From positions 186,001 to 250,000 of the forward strand of contig CM074811.1 in NCBI GenBank assembly GCA_037447605.1: a DNA stretch of 64,000 bases, written 5' to 3'. The notes under the pieces were generated by a model. It was given only the letters and a program-made list of their open reading frames with translations. It ran no database searches and was not told where the DNA came from. The DNA is from Zygnema circumcarinatum SAG 698-1b. Its lineage: Eukaryota > Plantae > Zygnematophyceae. This document shows positions 29,801 through 42,179 of this stretch, piece by piece. Every line of letters begins with the position of its first letter. Within the stretch, counting starts at the first letter, position 1. The position numbers were made by a program, and so were the translations under genes.

Positions 29801-32800
29801 TCGTTTTGCGAGAGTTTGACCTCCAAGTCCATTCGGATTTCAACCGGAGGATTTTCTTGGAATCTAACATCTCGACTCCTCTCTACCTGTTTGGTTAAGG
29901 GATTCCACACCCGATACGTGGGACTATCCTCATTATAGCCAATCAGGTACCCGAGAGTGGATCTACTCTCGAACTTGGAATTTCTCCTGGGCTTCAGTAC
30001 GGTCATGAAGAACCGTGCTCCCCATACTCTGAAGTAAGCCACTGAAGGCTTCTTTCCGCTCCACACCTCCTCCGGCACCCTGTCCTGAAGTGCTCTCGTC
30101 GGGCACCTGTTTCTGATGTGAGCTGCTGCCATTACTGCCTCACCCCAGAAGGTTAAGGGAAGTGGGGACTCACTCATCATGGTCCTCACCATGTCCCCAA
30201 GCGTGCGGTTCACTCTCTCCGCAGCTCCATTGCTTTGAGGTGAGTAAGGGGCTGAAAACTGATGCTTCATGCCAAGAGCTTCGAAGTGATCTTTGAAATT
30301 CTTGGAGATGTACTCCCCTCCATTGTCTGAACAAAGGGACTTCACCTTCAGCCCGGTTTCTCTCTCCACTTCCACCTGCAACCTTTTAAAGACATCAAAG
30401 GTTTCAGCTTTACTATCAATCACCCTCACCCAGATCTTCCTAGAGCAGTCGTCTAGAAAGGTGATGAAGTATTTTGCCCCTCCTCGGCTGGTGGGAGTGA
30501 TGGGTCCACATAAATCCGTGTGGACCAACTCGAGCCGTTCCTTGGCTCGGCTGTCCTCTGAATTCCGGTGGCTGAACGGCAGTCGGTGGGCTTTGCTAGC
30601 GAGGCAGTCCTCACAAAAGCCAGCCTCTGATTCCTTCATCTGCACGTCAATTCCTCTCACAAGGCGTTTGTCCACCAGTTTCTTCAGACTTTGGTAGCCG
30701 AGATGGCCCATTCGGCGATGCCACAACTTGGCCGCCGGATTTTCAGAGAGAGCATTGACTTGGTGTGAGAGGACCCCTCCTCCCTTTAAAAGGTAAAGGC
30801 CGTTCTTTTCTGTGCCTCTCAAAACAACCTTCCCGGTTAATTTTTCCACCACCTTGCACTCCTCTCCATTAAACCAAGAAACATATCCTCTTTTGCCTAG
30901 CTAGCTCAGGGAAATGAAGTTGCTTTGAAGACCAGGGGTAAGGAGAACGTTGCCCATGGTAACTGTTCTTCCCTTCTCTCCTCCATGAGTGATTAATCTC
31001 ACGGATCCTCCTTGAGTAACTTTCACTCCTTCTCCGGTCGCTACGTAAACGGATCTTGCCGCTTCCAACGTTCGCAACTCTGCAAAAGAAGACTTTTGGG
31101 AACACATGTGTTTAGAAGCTCCAGAATCAATTATCCAAGGCAGTTCGGGTTTCCCGGACCTGCATGGACCTTCTCGAATCCCACCCACGAACTCCTTGTT
31201 ATGCGCTTCTGAGCTCATCATCAAGTTTGTCTCGCTTGCTCCATCTTGACAAGCCACAGACTTGTGGCCCTTCTTGCCGCACTTAAAACACGTTCCACCG
31301 AAAGTAGGCTTCTTCTTCTTGCTCGGATCTCCACCTGAAGACTCCCCTTTCTTCTCGGGTCGTCCCTTGGTCTGGTAGCAGTCCGTTGACAGATGTCCAC
31401 GCTTGCCACACGTGTAGCATGTAGGGGGAGGACGATCTCCTCCATCTTTCTTCCCTTTGCTCTTGCCGAATTTCGCAGCCTGGAATGAGAGGACACTATC
31501 TGCAGTTCCTTTCCCACCCTCTAGCAACATTTCTGCCTCTCTGATTCTCCCTTTGATTTGCACCATAGACATGGGCAAGCTAGCAAGGTGAGTTCTTAAT
31601 GACTCTACAACTCTTTCATATTTGCTTGGAAGTCCTATTAAGAAGTGATGAATCTCGCTAGGCAAGGTTATAGGCTGCTTAGCAGCTATGCATTTCTGCA
31701 TCAAGCTATCATATTTTACAAAGTACTGAGTGAGTGTGTCCCCCTTCTCCATTTTGCATGCTCCTAATTCTGCATACAAATTTACAGGTAAACCACTTTC
31801 TGCTACTTCATAAACTGACTGCAAACTGCTCCACATAGTTGCTGCACATTTTATATCTAGCAGCATGGTGCCAGGACCATTTCCTACTGACATAGCAATA
31901 TAGCCTGCTGTTTTCTTATTGTTCACTTGCCATAGGTCGAAGACTTTCGTTTCCGCTGCGTTGGTTGGAGGAGGTGGTTCCGGCGAACTCCCATCGACAT
32001 ACTTGAACAGGTTCTTTGTCTCCAGCATGTAAGTCATCCGCCACCTCCAATGTCTGTACTGGGTCCCTTCGAAGGTCGGGACCTTGAACCTGGGTTCCTC
32101 CTCGGAGGTTGCTCTGATACCACTGTTGTAAATTAAGGCCCGGTCCGTCTCACTCACTTCACTCACTGCCATGTTTGCAATCTGAATCAAGGAAAGCTCT
32201 CAAGTGCACACACTGAAAGATAACTGAAATCAAACGAGCAAAAAACACCGTAAGGAAATGTAAGGAGAAAGCACCCGGCCTCAAAACTCCTTAATAAAGT
32301 AAAGGAAGTTACAAGCACAAGTTTCAGCCCTCAGGCTTCTACTTCAGCTCTGACTAACTCCCGACCCCCTGCTGCCCATACAGCCAGGCAACCGCACTTA
32401 GCAACACGAGCTAAGCTGCGGCTGTATTAGAATATCTATTACCTAAGCCTAACTCTACTTAAGTACTAAGCGTTGCACTACTCCTCCACGTTCTAATGCA
32501 TGCCATGTCTCGCCACCGCGCTGCACCGCACGCCGCCGCGTTCCACCGCGCACCTCCATGTCGCTGGCGACGCTCCACGTCTCCAGGCGCTCGCCTCTCT
32601 CCTCGCGGTAACTCCTCCTTAGGTCGCCATGGCCAGGAGGGGGAGTGTCCGTACAGAAAGCTCCTCCTCCGACTTGCCTTCCTTCGAGAAGCTTCCTCGA
32701 CAACGCGCGCGCCACTCCAGCGTTCGTCCGTACGCACCGGACTAATGTACGGTCGACCCAAAGAAACAATAAGCAAACCTAAGGTGTTCGCGCAGCCTAT

Positions 32801-33029
32801 CGCTGAGCGCCACGTGTCATAACTATCCTTAAGCGACTCTAAATATCTCCAGTGTCGACGCGGCCTATAGCCGCTCGCCACGTGGCCAGAGACTAATTCT
32901 GCGCGTTCCCACTACGAGACTAAGACTGTCGGTCAGTCCACATCCGGACCGAATCTCCTAAGGACCTTTGACAACGGCTAAGGACCGTACGGTGTACAGT
33001 TCGGGGCTATACCCCTATTGTACACATCA
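26836..33029 (-). mobile_element. Ty1/copia LTR retrotransposon family A, full length, internally disabled
   Basis: LTRs 26836-27740 and 32124-33029 (~905 bp, about 5 differences seen); TSD CGTCG; PBS TGGTATCAGAGC at 32122-32111; PPT next to 27741. Confidence 0.95.
27756..32172 (-). pseudogene. Copia-A gag-pol polyprotein split by stops and frameshifts
   Basis: Gag with two CCHC knuckles, protease 'WIIDSGAS', GAG-pre-integrase 'LWHRRMGH', integrase 'SDNGGEY..NGAAER', RT 'YKARL.AKGFSQ' and RNase H 'YTDSDWGGD..IFTDNQS', in copia order across ORFs 30901-32190, 29659-30852, 28969-29646 and 27756-28646. Confidence 0.92.
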
Positions 33030-34959
33030 CGTCGGAGACTACCTCTCCGTCGGCTCCGATGCCGGCAAGGCTGCTTTCATTAACAAGCAGTTCGATGTCG
33101 CCTACTCCGATGTTGCTTTCGATGCTAACGATGACGACGCCGCCGGCGGAACCAGCAAGTACACCATCCCCTTCGCCGTGGCGACCTACTCCTTCTGCAC
33201 AAGGAAGAGGGGCACCTCCACCCTCCGCCTCACCGGCTCCCAGCTGTACAACATCTATACCTCCAACTTCTACATTCCCTGGTCCACCTACATCTCCAAG
33301 GCCACCGGAAACGTGCTGCCCGTGGCTCGCTCTGACGACTCCGCCAGCACCGAGTTGATCGGAAAGTGGCTGAAGACTCAGAACGCTGCCTGGCCCTTCA
33401 CCACATCAGATAGCTGGAGCGGGAAGGCCGGAGTGTCCTCTAAAATCAAGTACGTAAGGAAAGAGGCTGGCATGGTTGTGGCGCTCTACGATGACTCCAA
33501 CAGGATCGGGTACCTCCAGAGCGGAGGCTGCGCCCTGACCGGCATTCCCGCGGTGGCTGTGAACAACGCCGACGGCAGGTTCGTCTCCACGAACATTAAA
33601 ACTGATCTCTACACACTCCTGCCCAACCCCATCCCCGCGTACGACAGCGCGGTGTGGAGCGGAGTGAGCCTCCTGAACAAGCCCGGCCCCACCACGTACC
33701 CCATCGGCTCCATCATCTACATGTTCGCCCGCAAGTCGTACGACAACTCCACAGTCAGCGCCGTTGTGCAAGCATGGGTGAATTTCTCCATGACCGCAAC
33801 CGTACAAGATATGATTCAATTCGTCGGTTTTTTACCCCTCCCCAAAGAGTACCGCGCCGCCGGTACGGCAGCGGGCAACACTATTAGCGGTTGAAACAAT
33901 TCCGTGCTGTAATCGTCTACAAAACATGTCAATTTTATACCACCATAGGGCAATTTTAACATCGTGATAGAATGGAGTGAAAATTGCTTCAATTTAGAAC
34001 AATAATATACTCCTTTTCATCGGGTAACTGGTGGAAACGTTTATAATTTTAGTAACAATTTCGACTTTCTTATCCCAAAATGTATGTAAATGATGGCTGT
34101 TATTCTGCATTGCTTATGTGCATAGCTACCAGCTGTCATCCTTTGCGTTTCTCAATGCCTTTTACGTGCTTCCATCTTTATCGATCTTCCGTATACACGA
34201 AAAATAGACAAATAAATAGTACACAGATAATAGAAAACATTTATGTGAACGAAGATCAGCACGCAGTAGAAATAACGTTTTGTACTAGTCGTTTCCCTCC
34301 CAGTCTTCCTTGCACCCTTCATCCTCTGCCTTCACCCAGTGCACGGCAAGGGACGTGTCTTGTGAATGCGCAAATCCAGCGCCGGTTTGCGATTAAACTC
34401 CAAGGGAGCGAATTTGGGCAGCTGTGCAGTGCAACCTATGCTTTAGAAGAGGGCTCCATTTTTGTGTTTTGTTCGAAACAGTCTCAGTTTCAGTTTGGCT
34501 TTAGTTCAAAACAAACATTTTCAAGTGGCTTGAGGATAAGAAACCCTCAAACGACTGATACGCGTGAGTTTCCTGCGGTTTTTTTCATGCGTGGTCAGTT
34601 ACAAGGGAGAAAAGTGCCGCGCCGCTTTCATAGCCCCACCGTCTGCACTGCATCAACTAAAAAACAGAGAGGGTTACTCAGTACTTTTCCAGGATTTCAT
34701 GGAGGGTGGACGGAGATCCACAGAGAAGAGTAATAGACAGAGCGGGAGAGGAGGGGAGACAAAGAGTGGGAGCGAGAGGATAGGGGTGCAAAACCAAGAA
34801 CATGATGTTAAGAAAAAAAGCAGAGATAACATTCGTGTAGACCGCAATTTTCTTCTTCAGACTTGCCTGCAATAAAAAAAAGGAAAAGGTAAGGATAAAA
34901 AATGAAAAACAATATAATAAAATGCAAACAATAAAGTCTGACTTACTTTCACTGTCACT

Positions 34960-35720
34960 CCCACCCCTCCCACTCTCGCTCTCTCCCTCTCTCTCTCTCT
35001 CTCTCGCTCGCTCGCTCGCTCGCTCGCTTTCTCGCTCTCTCGCACCCCTCCCCTCTGCCTTTCTCTATCTCTCTCTCTCTAGCTCTCTCGCTCTTTCGCT
35101 TCCTCCCCTCTGCCTCTCTCTATCTCTCCCTCTCTCTCTCCCCTCACTAAATACCTCTCCCCCCCCTCCCTCCCCCTTTCCCTCCCCCTCTCGCACCCTC
35201 CCCCTCTAACCCTTTCTATCCCTCCCTATATCTCGACCTCCCTCTTTCTATCTTTCCCTCTCCCTCTCTCCCTCTACATCTCACTACGGCCCTCTCTCCC
35301 TAACTCCCTCTCTGTCAACCCGTCCCCCCTCCCTCCCCCGTACCGCTCTCTCTCTTTCGCTCTCTCCCTCCACCCCCCCGCCTCACTATATCTCTCTTTC
35401 CCTCTCTCTTTCTCCATGCCTCTCCCCCTATACATCTCTCCCTGCATCCCTTCCTGTCCCTCTCGCTACCTCTCCCTCCTTATCCCCCCTCCCGCTTTCT
35501 CTTTCTAGCCTCTCCCTCCCCCCACCCCTGCCCCCCCTCCCACTCTCTCTTTCCAACCTCTCCCTCCCGCCACCTCTGCCTTCCCTCCCGCTCTCTCTTT
35601 CCCACCTCTCCCCCCCGCCACCCCTGCCTTCCCCCCGCTCTCTCTTTCAACCCTCTCCCTCCCGNNNNNNNNNNCCCCCCGCCACCCCTGCCTCCTCCCC
35701 CCTCTCTCTTTGTCCCTGTC
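34960..35720. repeat. Polypyrimidine/polypurine (CT-rich) tract with minisatellite units
   Basis: Near-pure C/T on the + strand; homologous to 42130-43700; contains an N gap. Confidence 0.8.
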
Positions 35721-35892
35721 TTCTTCCCGAAACCCCTCCCCCTTCTCTCTCGAGAAACTCCGAGACTGGAACCTCTGCAAAGACAAAATAATTGGACCTG
35801 ATCACAGACCTAATCCATACAAGAAGCCCAACAAGCCAGCAGCTTCTTTTTTTTTTTTTCCAAATTCACTCCGGCCCCCGCCCCTCCCCGGC

Positions 35893-36192
35893 CTCGCCAC
35901 GGACCTCCCCGCGCTGATGCCCAACCCCATCCCCGCGTACGACAGCGCGGTGTGGAGCGGAGTGAGCCTCCTGAACAAGCCCGGCCCCACCACGTACCCC
36001 ATCGGCTCCATCATCTACATGTTCGCCCGCAAGTCGTACAACAACCCCGCCATCAGCTCCATCGTGCAGGCGTGGGTGAAGTTCACCATGACCGCGACCG
36101 TGCAGAACCTCATGAAGCCCGCCGGCGTGGCGCCCCTCCCCCAGAAGTACCGCGACGCCGGTATCGCCGCTGGCAAGACCATCAGCGGTTAG
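35893..36192 (+). pseudogene. PstS-like 3' fragment (copy 3; last ~100 codons)
   Basis: 'LATDLPALMPNPIP...KTISG*' is fused directly to distal upstream sequence homologous to ~43830-43870. Confidence 0.85.
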
Positions 36193-37505
36193 AGATAGCA
36201 TCTCCGTTAGATAGCTGCTTACAAGACATGTCAACTTTCTCTTTTTGCACAATAAGTCGGTTTTAACACTCGAAAAAAAATTGGAGAAACTTGAAAATTG
36301 AAAAATTGAAAAATTGATACAAAATTTTAACTTCAAATTTTTTTTAATTGAAAACGAGGTGGAAATTTTAATATTCAAAAATCTTTTGTCCAAGATCTTT
36401 GATAATAATGAGATGTTCTGCATTGCTTATGTGTATTACTACCAGCTATCTCCCTTTTCTATGTTAAACTTTTACATGCTTTCATCTTTTTTCACCTTCC
36501 ATGAAATGATTTCTTTCTTTCTGATTCTTCTTAACACAGACAATAGACATATAATATACGGACAGATAGTAGACAGATATTTGAACGAAATTCAGCATGC
36601 AGTAGAGAAAACGGGCTCCTGTACATGACGTTCCCCTCCAAGTCTTCCCTCCACCCGTCATCCTCTGCCTTCACCCAGCGGACGGCAAGGTAAGTATTTA
36701 AGCAATCCGGCTTGCAAATTTTACTCCTGAGCAGAAAGGTTCACGGCTCCGCGAGAACTGCCTGCTGCTGTACGACAGCGACCATCTAACTGTCTGTATT
36801 CATCATTGCAATTATCTTACAACACTAATAGCAATAGCGAGAGTTGATTGGGTCACCTATCAATTTTTTTTTGACAGGTGACCCAATCAACCTATCAAAT
36901 TATTATTATTATTATTTTTTTTGGTCGAACATTTTCAGCAGGCAGTAGAATGATGGGGTCCGATGTATGTGTTCCTCTGTTCCCCTGCGGCCACTGCAAC
37001 GCAACTTTTTAATCAATTTGGCTGCAAAGAATTTGCTTTCAAGGGAAATTCAGTCTAAGTCTAAGGTCCGAGAGGACCGTCCTCTTGTTTCCAAATGCTG
37101 CTTAGAAAGCTGCGAGTGAGCTTCTGTTAGGAGTGACATGCATGTGCATGCAGGCCAGTCAGCCAGAGTCTGATCTCCAGTTCATGCACAGCACAACTTC
37201 ACTGACAAGTGGAAGTTGGAAGCTATTCTGGGTGCAGTGCAATGCAGTCACATAAGCAGTAAGTTACTTAAGTGTCAAGTCGCCAAGTATAAAAGAGTGC
37301 AGGAAACTCAAGCGTATCTATCGTCTGAAGGTTTCTAATCCCCGAGCCACTCAAGAAAGATTGATTTCAAAAATGTTTCTGAAATTTTGGTTCTTCAGGA
37401 TACTAGAAGGAATCATTTGAGTATTCCACGAGATCAGGTGAGGAATGAACAAAATCAAAAATAGAGAGGGAGAGAGCGTGAGGGGTTCAAGGTGAAGCTC
37501 CCGAT

Positions 37506-37931
37506 TGTGATAGATGATGATGCTGCGGGTTGTACGGACTGTTGTACGGAAGCTGTACGGACAAATGTACGGATACTGTACGGAATGTGTACGGGCGAAA
37601 GAGAGACTGCGCGTGTGAGAGAGTTCAGGAAGGTCTGTGCAGGAAGAGAAGTGTCAGGCGGAGGAGAAGCGTCTGGCGAAGCGTCGAAAATGTATGGTGC
37701 TCAGGAAGGAGGATTCAGAAAGGAGAATTCTGGAAGCTTAGACATTGGGTAGAAAAGAAGCGCTGCGCAGATGTAGAATACAGTGAAGAGAGAACAGGAA
37801 GAGAGAAGAGAGGATGAAGTGATCTGTAATGAGGCCTCATATGAAATAAAGAAGTGTTTATGAGTTGTGTGTTGATCTTGTGAGAACATGTGTTTTGTAT
37901 GTCAAGCTTGAATGTGTTCTCTTCTGTCACA
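37506..37931 (+). mobile_element. Solo LTR, copia family B
   Basis: TGTGATAG...TGTCACA; TSD CCGAT on both sides (37501-37505, 37932-37936); matches the LTRs at 53497 and 58370 minus one TGTACGG unit. Confidence 0.95.
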
Positions 37932-38367
37932 CCGATATCGTGGATTTATTTTGCGGGTAAGACGGCGATTATGCGGCGCCAATTTACGGTCACTTGCCGA
38001 GCAGAGCCACACCCGACAGGACCGCCATTCACTGTTTAGCACTTCGATGGCTACTGATCGCACCTCGAAACATCCCGAACTTGAATGAGCATTCTCTCCT
38101 CTCTCTCCCTCTCACGCTGTCTGTAAGTACACCCATCTCTCCCCCACTCCATCGTGCCTCCCATCTGCACCTCAAGCCAAATCCTTCCCTCCTACCCTCC
38201 TTCCCTCCCTCCCACCCTCCCGCCCTCCCACCCTCCCACCCTNNNNNNNNNNCCTCCCTCCCTCCCTCCCTCCCTCCCTCCCCGGCGGACGGAACAATCC
38301 CAGACTAGGACCAGCCGTACCTTCCCCCTCACCGCGCAGCGACGCACGGCCCGCGAGCGAGCGCGCG

Positions 38368-38815
38368 GAATCTTCGAGCGGCGGGCGGCGGCATCTTCCC
38401 GCCCTCCGCGCTGGAGGCGGCGGGCGCCCACCCGCCGAAGATGCCGTACCCGCCCGCGCCCGCCCCGAGAAGATGCCGGGACACATTCTTTTTGTCGCTA
38501 CCGTACGGCCTCTGCGAAGATCCCGCGCCTCCGCTGACGCACGGCCGCCGCTGGTCGGGCGGCGCGTGACGACAGCGCCCGCCGCAGCCTTGCCTTGGAA
38601 GCGCCAACAGCGCCGTGCCGTACGGCGGCGGCCGCCCGCCCGCGCGCTGGCCGCCCGGCGCAAGATGCCGCCGAGGGGCGCGGAAGATGCCGCGGCGCTC
38701 GTTGGCGCGGGCCGGGCCGGGCCGTACCGTCGGGCAGAAGATGCCGGCCAGTGGGCACCCTCCCCAGCCGCCCGCGGGTCCGTCCGTGGCCGGGCGGCGG
38801 GTGGCGAGCTATAAA
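38368..38815 (+). promoter_or_regulatory. Promoter of PstS copy 4: seven GNATCTTC/GAAGATNC motifs plus TATAAA
   Basis: Motifs at 38368, 38391, 38437, 38469, 38516, 38683 and 38737, with a near-match at 38661; TATAAA at 38810. Confidence 0.65.
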
Positions 38816-38888
38816 GACCGCGCTCAACAGCTATTAAAATTCAAGCCTTACTTCAAGCAACCAGCATCTCGCAGAAAACCTTGTAGTA

Positions 38889-39967
38889 ATGGCCGCTCTT
38901 GTGTTCGCCGCCGTCGTCCTCCTCTCCGCCGCCGCCGCCCAGGCGAGCACCATCCAGATCGGAGGAGCCAGCTCCGTCCAGCCGGTGAGTGGTCTGGAAC
39001 TTCCGCAGCAGTGGGGACCGTTTCCACCACATCGCTGGGTCCCGGCTGACGTGGTCTCCGCGTTATACTGAGCGCTTCTGTCAATTCCTTTTTTCGCTCT
39101 GCAGATTGTGCAGAAGGCCACCGACTTGGCTGCCAGCGTTCCCGGCCTCGGCCAGGGCTCCATCGGAGATTACCTCTCCGTCGGCTCTGGCGCCGGCCAG
39201 ACTGCTTTCATTAACAGGGTGTACGAGGTTGCCTACTCCGATGTTGCTTTCGATGCCAACGATGACTCCGCCGCCGGTGGAACCAGCAAGTACACCATCC
39301 CCTTCGCCGTGGCGACCTACTCCTTCTGCACCCTGAAGAAGGGCTCCTCCACCCTCCGCTTCACCGGCTCCNNNNNNNNNNAAACGTGCTGCCCGTGGCC
39401 CGCTCTGACGGCTCCGGCACCACCGAGGTGATCGGAAAGTGGCTGAAGACCCAGGTCTCTGCCTGGCCGTTCACCACAACCGACAGCTGGAGCGGTCAGT
39501 CCGGAGTGTCCGCTAAGATCACCTACGTTCTTAAGTCAGGCGGCATGATTACCGCGCTGAAGGGAGACTCCAACAGGATCGGGTACCTCCAGAGCGGGCT
39601 CTGCACCCTGAACGGCGTCCCCGTGGTGGCTGTGAACAACGCCGCCGGCGCGTTCGTCTCCACGAACCTCGCCACGGACCTCTCCGCGCTCATGCCCAAC
39701 CCCATCCCCGCGTACAACAGCGCAGTGTGGAGCGGAGTGAGCCTCCTGAACAAGCCCGGCCCCACCACGTACCCCATCGGCTCCATCATCTACATGTTCG
39801 CCCGCAAGTCGTACAACAACCCCGCCATCAGCTCCATCGTGCAGGCGTGGGTGAAGTTCACCATGACCGCGACCGTGCAGAACCTCATGAAGCCCGCCGG
39901 CGTGGCGCCCCTCCCCCAGAAGTACCGCGACGCCGGTGTCGCCGCGGGCAAGACCATCAGCGGTTAG
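38889..39967 (+). CDS. PstS-like secreted phosphate-binding protein, copy 4 (probably intact; N gap at 39372-39381); exons 38889-38984, 39105-39967
   Basis: Near-identical to copy 1 on both sides of the gap. Confidence 0.85.
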
Positions 39968-42129
39968 AGCAACTCCGTTAGATAGCCGCTTATAGGACAT
40001 GTCAAAGCGTTTTCTTTTTGCACATAGGCAGATTTTGATAGTGGGAAAATCATTTGAGAGGAAGTGAAAGTTGCTTCAATTTTGAGGAATAATGTAATCT
40101 TTTTGATTGGGAAGGTGGAAAAAAATTTCGACATACATTTTTGCAAACCGTATCATGATGATGAAAAATCTGTTCTGGCTTGCTTTCATGATTAACGATA
40201 CAAATTTCCCTTTGTTTCCTCCTAGCTTTCATTCATAGTAATATCTTTTCTGACCTATCGTATGTGGAAATGTACAAATAGCGATAAATAATAGGAAGCC
40301 TTAACCTGAACAAAGTGCACCTCATAGTAGAGTGAGCAGTTTCCAGTATGGTTCCACTCCCAGTCGTCCCTCCACCCGTCCTCTGCCCTCACCCAGTGAA
40401 CGGCCACCCAATTGCATAATCTCTCCGGCTTGCAGAGTTTACTTGTTTGAATAGAAAGGTTCCGGGAGAAGTGCCTGCCTCTGTACGGCACCTACAATTT
40501 ATCTTTCAGTATTGCAACTTTCTCATAGCACCGTGAGTGGAGTGGATCACCAGTATTCGAACAAGTTCAGCCGGCTCTGGGATTGATAGGCTCCGACGTA
40601 TGTTTTCCTCTGTTCCCCTGCGGCCACTGTAACGCAACAATTTATAATTCATATTTAGCGATTTGGCTGTAAAGAAATTGCTTTCAATAGAAATTCAGTC
40701 TAGCTCAATTCTCCGGGAGAATCGTACTGTATTTTTCAAATGCGTGCTGCTTTGAAAGCTGCGACTGCGCTTCTGTTAAGAGTGAAATGCAGGCGCATGC
40801 AGGCCAGTCAGCCAGAGTCTGATCTCCAGTTCATGCACTGCACAACTTCCACTGACAAACTTGCTCGAATAGAGGAAAAATCCAAAGACAAAAACAGCAC
40901 CGGGTGCGCCACTTGAAAAACTCCAATTACCGAAAATGAGGAAAGTGATTCCGACCTGTCCTCTCGAACCTTCCGACGATTACCCTCCCTCCAAATCCAC
41001 GGCCTTCAACGCCCTCATCCGTCATGGCTGTCTCCTATACCCACACTATCTAAAGACTAGTCGACAAACACTGAACTACATGGGTCAACCCGACATCCTA
41101 AAAACATTGCTGTGATGTTGGATCATGCAAACACGCGTATCATGGCAGCTATGTTTGCAATTCTGGGTGCAGTGCAATGCAGTCACATACGCAGGAAGAC
41201 ACGTACGCGTCAAGTGCCCAAGTATGTAAAAACTGCAGGAAACTCGAGCGTATCAGTCATCTGAGGGTTTTTACTCCTCAAGCCACTCAAGTTTGTTTTG
41301 AACTGAAGCCAAACTGAAACTGAGACTGTTTCGAAAAATATCACTAACATGGAGCGCACCTCTGATGCATAGGTTGCATTAAACAGCTCCCCAAGCTCGC
41401 TCACTTGGAATTCAAGCACAAAGCAGCGCTCGATTCGCGCATTCACAAAACAACTAAACAACCGTATCGTCAGAATAACAGCAGCAAAAGTGAATGGCGC
41501 CCAAAAAGGATCCTCGGGCTAACAAGTGGGTATATTATGAACTTTGCAGTTGTTCTTCAGTTAGTGTCAACAATTAAAGAACTGGGTACAGTGTTTAAAC
41601 ACAAAGAAGTTACAATGATATAGGGTACGAGAGAAAAAATGGAGTAAAAGAAAGGCTTTAAGCAGACTGTCATGTAATATACAAATGTAGGAATTTTACT
41701 GTCTGGGATCCTCCAACGTCACAACAAAAGTGATCCGCTCTAATTCCGCCGTTTTACATGCATATCCAGTTAAGAGGGAGACAAGGACCGCGCCGCTTTC
41801 GTAGCCCCACAGTCTGCACTGCATCAACTAAAAAGCCGATAGGGTTGCTCAGTTCATTTCCAGGATTTCACGGAGGGTGGACGGAGATCCACAGAGATGA
41901 GTTATAGACAGAGCGGGAGAGGGTGAAAGACAACGAGTAAGAGGGAGAGGACAGAGCTGCAGTACCAAGAAGATAATGGTAAGAAACAAAGCAGAGAAAA
42001 CAGTCGCGAAGACCGCCATTCACTTCCCAAGACTCGCCAGCAATAAGGAAAGGGCAAGGATAAGGACAAAAGAAAAATATATATATATATATATATATAA
42101 AATGCACAAAGTATAAGCTGAATAGCTTC

Positions 42130-42143
42130 CCCTGTCCCTCCCA

Positions 42144-42179
<36 letters not shown>

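Larger units (their letters stand above)
26561..33894 (+). pseudogene. Divergent PstS-like paralog (copy 2) interrupted in exon 2 by a copia element; exons 26561-26656, 26775-26835 // 33035-33894
   Basis: Removing the element and one CGTCG restores the frame ..GMDSV|GDYLSVGSDAG..; signal peptide and 118-nt intron present. Confidence 0.88.

Noticed and set aside
38985-39104. TPP riboswitch or snoRNA in the PstS intron
   Set aside because: Lacks the TPP core motifs and a C box; the CTGA matches fit a branch site.
25687-41767. Canonical P1BS hits (GGATATTC at 25687, GCATATCC at 41760)
   Set aside because: Isolated and distant from start sites; about one per 4 kb is expected by chance.
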